This document shows positions 1 to 5,831 of a stretch of 6,844 bases of DNA, piece after piece. This DNA comes from Octopus sinensis (Eukaryota), in assembly GCF_006345805.1 (NCBI RefSeq), contig NW_021829155.1:1-6844 (forward strand), in the 5' to 3' direction. The notes under the pieces are model-generated. The model did not search any database, had not been told where the DNA came from, and saw nothing but the letters and a program-made list of their open reading frames with translations. A program made the translations under genes and the position numbers. Position 1 is the stretch's first letter; each line of letters starts with the position of its first letter.

Positions 1-700
1 TGGGGCGATAATGGGGGTAGCGATTCGTGTCAAAAGTGGGGCGATAATGGGGTAGCGATTCGTGTAAAAAGTGTGGGCGATAATGGGGTAGTGATTCCAT
101 TAAAAAGTGGGGCGATAATGGGGTAGCGATTCGTGTAAAAAGTGGGGCGATAATGGGGTAGCGATTCATGTAAAAAGTGGGTGATAATGGGGTAGCGATT
201 CGTGTAAAAAGTGGGACGATAATGGGGTAACGATTCGTGTAAAAAGTGGGGCCGATAATGGTGTAGCGATTCATGTAAAAAGTGGGGCGATAATGGGGTA
301 GCGATTCATGTAAAAAGTGGGGCGATAATGGGGTAGCGATTCGTGTAAAAAGTGGGGCGATAATGGGGTAGCGATTCATGTAAAAAGTGGGGCGATAATG
401 GGGTAGCGATTCATGTAAAAAGTGGGGCGATAATGGGGTAGCGATTCGTGTAAAAAGTGGGGCGATAATGGGGTAGCGATTCATGTAAAAAGTGGGGCGA
501 TAATGGGGTAGCGATTCATGTAAAAAGTGGGGCGATAATGAGGTAGCGATTCGTGTAAAAAGTGGGTGATAATGGGGTAGCGATTCGTGTAAAAAGTGGG
601 GCGATAATGGGGTAGCGATTCATGTAAAAAGTGGGGCGATAATGGGGTAGCGATTCGTGTAAAAAGTGGGGCGATAATGGGGTAGCGATTCATGTAAAAA
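1..700. repeat. 35-bp G-rich minisatellite, 20 tandem units, open at the left window edge
   Basis: Consensus GTGGGGCGATAATGGGGTAGCGATTC(G/A)TGTAAAAA; the period is exactly 35 (for example, units start at 282, 317, 352, 387, 422, 457, 492, 527). Units abut with no spacers. A few units are 34 or 36 bp. Confidence 0.99.
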
Positions 701-848
701 CAACAAAATAATGGGTTCATTAGGTTAAGTTTTATTTGTGAAATACAGTTGCTTTGAATTTGTTTTAGAAAGGGGTCTGTGTTTGTGATGGTTAGTTGTG
801 GTGGGGACACTAGGAATGTGGCCTACGTGTCAAGGGAGCGGCAGCCCG

Positions 849-868
849 AAAAAGTTTAGGAACCACTG
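849..868 (-). repeat. hAT-like terminal inverted repeat (single copy in window)
   Basis: CAGTGGTTCCTAAACTTTTT on the minus strand. The adjacent 8 bp ACTCATGG (869-876) is the candidate target-site duplication. Confidence 0.65.
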
Positions 869-891
869 ACTCATGGCATTGTATATATATA

Positions 892-1116
892 TATTTCTTT
901 ACTACCCACAAGGGGCTAAACACAGAGGGGACAAACAAGGACAGACAAAGGGATTTAGTCGATTACATCCAGCCCAGTGCGTAACTGGTACTTATTTTAT
1001 CGACCACGAAAGGATGAAAGGCAAAGTCGACCTCGGCGGAATTTGAACTCAGAACGTAACGACAGACGAAATACGGCTACGCATTTCGCCCGGCATGCTA
1101 ACGTTTCTGCCAGCTC
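892..1116 (-). mobile_element. tRNA-derived SINE, family A (near full length), with a (TA)6 tract at its 3' end (882-893)
   Basis: Minus strand: A-box-like TGGCAGAAACG (1112-1102) and B-box-like GAGTTCAAATTCC (1050-1038). It shares the exact 18-mer GGTCGATAAAATAAGTAC (988-1005) with the plus-strand copy at 4486-4503, and a degraded third copy lies at 6547-6673. Confidence 0.85.
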
Positions 1117-1170
1117 AGTGCGCCACGGAGTGGTGTAAAATCAATAAACTTTTAGTTTAAATATATATTT

Positions 1171-1238
1171 CTCCGTCGGTTACGACGATGAGGGTTCCAG
1201 TTGATCTGATCAACGGAACAGCCTGTTCGTGAAATTAA
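1171..1238 (-). mobile_element. 3' end of SINE family B, separated from its 5' part by the CR1 insertion
   Basis: The segment ends in an 11-bp bulged stem-loop (1194-1219) followed by an AT-rich tail, and its TTAA junction matches the TTAA at 1669-1672. Continuity with 1669-1919 rests partly on my recollection of an octopus SINE consensus. Confidence 0.6.
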
Positions 1239-1668
1239 TATGTTAAGTTAAGTTAAGTTAATATTTTGGCTCAAAAAGCAAAAAGCAAGGCCATGTAGGG
1301 GGGCATGGAGTTATGTACAGGGTGGTGTTCATGCAAAGAGTTCAGGCCATTTCTGGTCAAGAGAGACTTTGAACCGAGCGGTCGTCGGCATCTTCACTAT
1401 CTCGTCCGGCAGCTTATTCTACGGATCCGTAACCCGAGCGGAGAAAACCCCTCTCCTTCGATTGAGATGAAATCGTCGCAGATAGAGCTTTTCGGAGTTT
1501 TCCCGCAGCCGACGCTCTGGAGCAGGAGTGAAGAACAGCTCTTTCGAGAGGTTACACTTTCCGCTTATGATGTTGTGAGCAAGAATGAGATCACCATGAG
1601 AGAATAAAGGTCGAGCGTCTTCAACCTTTCTTCATAAGACAAATGCTTGAGACCAAGAACCATGCGGG
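1239..1668 (-). mobile_element. 5'-truncated CR1-clade LINE 3' fragment (ORF2 C-terminus, 3' UTR, (TTAAC)4 tail), dead
   Basis: Minus-strand translation gives TRMVLGLKHLSYEERLKTLDLYSL, then after a frameshift GDLILAHNIISGKCNLSKELFFTPAPERRLRENSEKLYLRRFHLNRRRGVFSARVTDP*NKLPDEIVKMPTTARFKVSLDQKWPELFA*. This matches the CR1 'LSYEERL...L.SL..RR.RGDL...W N.LP' pattern. There is a premature TAG at 1419-1421, the terminal stop is at 1329-1331, and the tail is (GTTAA)4 on the plus strand at 1242-1261. Confidence 0.9.
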
Positions 1669-1919
1669 TTAAGTGTAAGTGGATGGGCAATCCACAGACA
1701 CGTGCACCCTTAACGTAATACTCTGGAAGATTCAGCGTGATACACAATGTGACAAGGATAGCCTTTTGAATTACAGGTACAATATATATTTGCCAGTTAA
1801 GTGGACTTGAGCAACGTGAAATAAAGTGTCTTGCTGAAGAACGCAACCACCGGTTTTCGAACTCACAACCTTAAGATCGTGAGTCGAAAACCCCTAACCA
1901 CTAAGCCACACGTCTTCAT
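1669..1919 (-). mobile_element. 5' part of tRNA-derived CORE-like SINE, family B
   Basis: Minus strand: A box TGGCTTAGTGG (1908-1898) and B box GAGTTCGAAAACC (1864-1852). The 23-mer AGCAAGACACTTTATTTCACGTT (1835-1813) is identical to 6283-6305. Confidence 0.85.
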
Positions 1920-2365
1920 TGTTTGTCATGTATTTGACATGTAAAAAGCTCATTGTCACTGCGGTTTACCATGGAGAAAACAATCTTGCTTTAAGTAAAA
2001 GATTACATATCTTAACGTCAGTTCAAAGCAGGCACAATAGTATGCTATTTATAACATATAACATAAGATATTTGCGCATGTCATACCGTGGTGAGGATAT
2101 ATCCGCTTTTTAATGCGTACATTGGTATATATAATTCAGGATGTTAAAATGCAATTGTTAGAAGTACAATTATAGACTGTTCATCTAGATGTATGTACAT
2201 TCTTCTAATTCCATTTTAGACAATCCCTACTGTAATTATTGTCTTTTTATATATGTAACCATGGGAGTGAGTCTGTGCGTCGCTGACCTATGTCAATGCG
2301 AAACTACAGCTATATACATACACATATAAATATATGTGTACAGGTGCGTACGCAGAAGAGTAAAC

Positions 2366-2768
2366 AAAATCACAAGGAGCAAGGTCGAGAGAATAGTGAG
2401 AGTGGATAAGTGGGGTCACGTACTCAGTCGTGACTGCATTTGATCTTCATTTTGCTGCAACTCTTTTCGTTATCAATTCCTCACTCAAAATTCGTGGGCA
2501 GAAGCTCCATGACACACAAGTCATATCAACAAGTCCGTCAATTGTTCTGTGATGGCTCTCCAAGATCGGTTCATGCATTTTCGTAATGTTTTTATTCGTG
2601 CAGTGGGGTTCACGGTCGCCTTGAACGAGGTTGGTCTTCAAGCGACAAGTGACCATTCCTAAAGCGTAAAAACCACTTGTAAACTTGTGTTTTGCACATG
2701 GCAGCGGTTTGGAGCATGACAACTGTTTCGGCCGCCACGGAAATATGCCGTTCCTTTGTGTCAATCAT
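2366..2768 (-). pseudogene. Mariner (Tc1/mariner, DD34D) transposase remnant with stops, frameshifts and several deletions
   Basis: Fragments: MIDTKE...QVYKWFLRFRNGHLSLEDQPRSRRP* (N-terminal HTH region), TNKNITKMHEPILESHHRTIDGLVDMTCVSWSFCPRILSEELITKRVAAK, EDQMQSRLS (2448-2422), and VTPLIHSHYSLDLAPCDF (2419-2366), which is the mariner HPPYSPDLAP.D motif. Confidence 0.9.
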
Positions 2769-3024
2769 CGCAAAAATCGACGAAGAGGGGAGAAGCACTG
2801 CAAAACAAAGATGTACCACGTTGCAATACGATTTCATCCGATGATGCTGGTCGACAGACTGATGCCTGAGGATCGCATCAAGTGGCTTCTATCGGCGGAA
2901 GCCTGGACTACAACGGGTTTGTCCCACAGAGAACGTTTCCGTTGAAAGTGTGGTGTCGAGACTGCCTTTCTAAAGTGGCTATCAATGCAAAATTAAAGTA
3001 TTTCGTTTCCACTAGACCCTGGTA
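2769..3024 (-). mobile_element. Possible 5' non-coding end of the mariner remnant
   Basis: CpG-containing segment upstream of the transposase ATG, ending at TA|CCAGGGTCTAGTGGAAACG (TA at 3023-3024). This loosely resembles mariner TA|CGAGGG... termini. No matching partner TIR was found. Confidence 0.3.
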
Positions 3025-3047
3025 TAAACCGGAGATCTAGGATGCAG

Positions 3048-3050
<3 letters not shown>

Positions 3051-3083
<33 letters not shown>

Positions 3084-3084
3084 T
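3051..3084. repeat. (TA)n microsatellite
   Basis: Direct reading; one interruption. Confidence 0.98.
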
Positions 3085-3087
3085 GTA

Positions 3088-3193
3088 GGCCTGTTCATCT
3101 AGTCAGCGGTGGCGTCATTTGAAGGCTAAAACAATGCAAAGTGGTTTGTGACCGCGATGTGTGACAATGTCTGATTGCCTGGTTGATCACGTG
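3088..3193. mobile_element. Fragment of an interspersed repeat (octopus-like, class unassigned)
   Basis: GGTGGCGTCATTTGAAGGCTAAAACAATGC...GATCACGTG resembles a repeat I recall from octopus genomic DNA. There is no second copy in the window, so this is unverified. Confidence 0.35.
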
Positions 3194-3198
3194 TATAT

Positions 3199-3258
<60 letters not shown>

Positions 3259-3275
3259 GCATATGTATATATATA
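3194..3275. repeat. Interrupted (TA)n microsatellite
   Basis: Direct reading. Confidence 0.98.
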
Positions 3276-3365
3276 CGTATTATCAGGTGATTGCCTGATT
3301 ACACAGCCTGGTGTTATCAGAGGCATGAAACTTATAGCAGCTCGTATATGATATAATATATAACG

Positions 3366-3380
3366 CACACACACACACAC

Positions 3381-3453
<73 letters not shown>

Positions 3454-3672
3454 CTATATATCTATATATATATATTATAATATATTATATATATATATAT
3501 TTATAATAATATATATATATATATACATACATATATATATTATATATATATATATAATATATATTATATATATAATATATAGTATATATGCATATATATA
3601 TTCGTGTGTATATGTCTGTGAGTGTCTGTGTGGTGTGCTGTGTGTGGGTGTGGTGTGGTGTGTGTGTGTGTG
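3366..3672. repeat. Compound microsatellite (CA)9 - long interrupted (TA)n - degenerate (TG)n
   Basis: (CA)9 at 3366-3383, TA-rich sequence to about 3600, and TG-rich sequence at 3604-3672. Confidence 0.97.
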
Positions 3673-4108
3673 ATAATTCTTGATTGCTGATCTCTGACTA
3701 ATGGCTTAGAACAGATTCACGCATGATTTATTTCGGCCAAAGCTAGTCTCCCGCAGGGACTCAGCCAGTATTTAGAGAGGTAATTGCTCCACTTCAATAT
3801 ATTCCAAACACACTAAAAACTTATAGCTATCCTGCTTCTTATCAAAGTCTCCTAACCCCTAATCACTTCATAACCCACCCCACTTTCGCCAAACTCTTAA
3901 CACTTCCCTTTCTCATGCGCTCAATTTACCCCTAATTACTTCCTCGATTATCTTCCGCACTCTAATCCTCATAAATCATATCAAATTATTCATCGTTAGT
4001 CCCAATATTTGACTAATTTTCTTTACTCAATACACGATAATCGCTTCTAAGCTTATAAAATATTACTTATAGAATTTTAAAACTCGGCACTGCTTATCGT
4101 TTTCACAG

Positions 4109-4326
4109 TACGATGGGTGCTAAAAGCTCCTGACTTTTGGTAAAAGAAAATACAGGAGGATCGGTTAATTATGATTTTATTCACCATATTCCCCTCTCAG
4201 ATTCACGTATTTATTGCAGTGGTCCTTCAGTTTTTCTAAGCCCTGAAATAGAACTCGGAAGATTGGGCCTCCAAGCAAACCTTTCACGATACCCTTAAAA
4301 CAAAAACCTTTTCAGCACCCTTCGTA
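4109..4326. mobile_element. Mariner-derived MITE, 214 bp (4111-4324), flanked by TA target-site duplications
   Basis: TA at 4109-4110 and 4325-4326. The left end is CGATGGGTGCT-AAAAG and the reverse complement of the right end is CGAAGGGTGCTGAAAAG (15 of 17 columns identical). Inside, the minus strand encodes GLEKLKDHCNKYVNLRGEYGE* (4242-4177), which resembles a mariner transposase C-terminus. Confidence 0.9.
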
Positions 4327-4469
4327 AGTCTCTAAGATAATCAATTGACGTTGCGTCTCCTGTTGTTCCGAGACATTCAATGTGGGTCGAATCGTGATCC
4401 CTTTCTCAATTTGAAATATGCTGGAGTCGATCAGCACTGAAGCTGGTCGTAGAAAACATCGGTTGGGGT

Positions 4470-4580
4470 CTTTCAGTCTTTCAGGGGTCGATAAAATAAG
4501 TACAAGTTGAGCACTGGGGTCGATGTAATCGACTGGTCCTCTACCTAAGAAATTTCAGGCCTATAGTAAAAAAAGAAATT
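4470..4580 (+). mobile_element. 3' half of SINE family A (head missing)
   Basis: CTTTCAGTCTTTCAGGGGTCGATAAAATAAGTACAAGTTGAGCACTGGGGTCGATGTAATCGACT aligns to the reverse complement of about 957-1022. No A or B box is present upstream. Confidence 0.85.
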
Positions 4581-4582
4581 AG

Positions 4583-5742
4583 CATAAGTATTAGCATATC
4601 ATCCACTTTATGAGTGACTAAGTCACAGTCATTTGCATAAAGGAGGTCACGAATAAGAGACTGGAAAACTTTTGAATTGGCAACAAATCGTCGCAGATTA
4701 AAGAGGCGGCCAGAAGATCGATATCTGACATATATTCCCAGAGAGCTGACCTTAGCAAAAGCATGAGTAAAAGCAGCAGCAAAGTACAAAGAAAGAGAGT
4801 TAGGGCAAGGATGTCACCCTGCTTGACACCATTCTCTTCGGGAATGGGTCCCACCATGCCACCACCAACATTGACCCAAGCCTCCATCCCATCATGAAAT
4901 GATTTAATTATAGATACAAAGTGATCCGGACATCCAAATTTGCCAACTATCTTCCATAGAAAGGCCCTATTTACAGTATCAAAGGCCTTTGTTAAATCAA
5001 TGAATACCTGGACATGATCCATATTCTACTCATAGCATTTCTCCTGCATCTGTCTTGCTGTGAAAATCACATCTATTGTTCCTCTTCCTGATCGGAAGCC
5101 ACATTGAGATTCAGATAGGACATCATTTACGAGACATCCATTCAGGCGAGTAAGAAGAATATTTGCCGAGACCTTGCCAGCAGCTGATAGTAAAGCAATA
5201 CCTCTGTAGTTACCACACATTGTTCTGGCTCCTTTTCCTTTATAGAGAGGAAGAATAATTGCATCCTTCCAGTCCTTAGGCATTGCACCATCCCTCCACA
5301 CTGCACTAATAATTTCATAAAGGGACTGTATGATATGATCCCCAACAAATCGCAAGCCCTCAGCACAAATTCCATCCTTTCCCGGTGCCTTCAATTTACT
5401 TATTGATGTCATTACTTCATCTGTTGAGGGTGTGGAATTTAAGGAGCCAATGATAGGTCTTTGTTACATAGTATCAATCAGTGTTTCATCCACAACTGAC
5501 TCATGGTATAGGAGTTCAGAGAAGTGTTCAATCCAGCGAACCTGTGATTTTTTTTGATTTAGTAAATAGAGTGGAAGACTCCTTGGAAAGCAAAGGTACT
5601 GATGTGGAGCTCTTAGGCCCATAAACTTGCTTCGTATGATGGTAAAGCTTCTTGGTGTCATTTGTATCAGCAGCCTGAACATCACGAGCAAGATCCTCCC
5701 ACCAAGTGTTCTGCATCTTCTCGACAGATCGCTGCAGTACCC
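4583..5742 (-). mobile_element. RTE-clade non-LTR retrotransposon ORF fragment (linker plus reverse transcriptase), truncated at both ends, dead
   Basis: Stitched minus-strand ORFs give RWIEHFSELL, KAPGKDGI, PKDWKDAIILPLYKGKG...NYRGIALLSAAGK, ESQCGFRSGRGTIDVIF, FIDLTKAFDTVNR, GVKQGD, GIYVRYRSSGRLFNLRR (RTE-typical) and LLYANDC. The catalytic YADD is mutated to YAND (4628-4639). Stops lie at 5464-5466 and 5026-5028, and frameshifts near 5540 and 4790. No endonuclease domain or 3' tail is present. Confidence 0.95.
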
Positions 5743-5785
5743 TGTGGTTGGGAAGCAAGCATCTTATCATACAGCCACACCTGCA

Positions 5786-5787
<2 letters not shown>
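5743..5787 (-). mobile_element. 45-bp 5' head of SINE family C (A box only), fused to the RTE fragment
   Basis: GGTGCAGGTGTGGCTGTATGATAAGATGCTTGCTTCCCAACCACA aligns with 6814-6844 (GGTGTAGGCGTGGCTGT--GGTAAGCAACTTGT) at 24 of 33 columns and contains the A-box-like TGGCTGTATGA. Confidence 0.65.

Positions 5788-5828
<41 letters not shown>
5787..5828. repeat. Perfect (CA)21 microsatellite
   Basis: Direct reading. Confidence 0.99.

Positions 5829-5831
<3 letters not shown>

Larger units (their letters stand above)
1..868. mobile_element. Putative non-autonomous hAT-superfamily DNA transposon (one end visible) containing the minisatellite
   Basis: The reverse complement of 849-868 is CAGTGGTTCCTAAACTTTTT, continuing CGGGCTGCCGCTCCC. 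This fits the CAGTGGTTC(C/T)CAAAC-type termini of Charlie/Buster-like hATs. The partner TIR and second TSD would lie left of the window, so the full extent is inferred. Confidence 0.6.

Noticed and set aside
1-700. CRISPR array (35-bp repeat length is CRISPR-like)
   Set aside because: Units abut with no unique spacers, there are no cas genes or leader, and the context is eukaryotic.
481-810. 109-aa ORF as a real CDS
   Set aside because: It is a translation of the minisatellite and its flank, with no recognisable domain.
1305-1846. ORFs 1305-1607 (+) and 1565-1846 (-)
   Set aside because: The first is antisense to the CR1 fragment. The second is SINE sequence read into 24 CR1 codons.
1919-2113. 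64-aa ORF
   Set aside because: It is short and AT-rich with no recognisable motif, which is expected by chance.
2319-2360. 10-bp inverted repeat (2319-2340), palindrome TGCGTACGCA (2345-2354), and TA|CAGGTGCG as the mariner's second TIR
   Set aside because: The inverted repeat is low-complexity, the palindrome is short, and the putative TIR does not align with the candidate end at 3022.
2685-2945. 86-aa plus-strand ORF
   Set aside because: It is antisense to the mariner remnant and its upstream region.
2177-3102. 12-bp direct repeat CTGTTCATCTAG (2177-2188, 3091-3102) as a TSD around the mariner region
   Set aside because: A few 12-bp matches are expected by chance in 6.8 kb, and mariners duplicate only TA.
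3172-3297. 10-bp direct repeat TGATTGCCTG flanking a (TA)n tract
   Set aside because: It is too short to distinguish from chance, and no element lies between the copies.
3126-3392. 88-aa ORF with YI/CV repeats
   Set aside because: It is a microsatellite translation artefact.
3851-3862. Interstitial telomeric repeat (TTAGGGGTTAGG on minus)
   Set aside because: There are only two imperfect units.
3730-4020. Protein-like minus-strand frame (…VRKIIEEVIRGK…GDFD…DSYKFL…) as a LINE remnant
   Set aside because: It has five stops in about 97 codons and the motif order does not fit a LINE ORF; a tBLASTx search would settle it.
4583-5742. Active RT, or a retron, DGR, group II intron or CRISPR-associated RT system
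   Set aside because: The motifs are those of RTE-clade non-LTR elements, and the copy has two stops, two frameshifts and YADD mutated to YAND.
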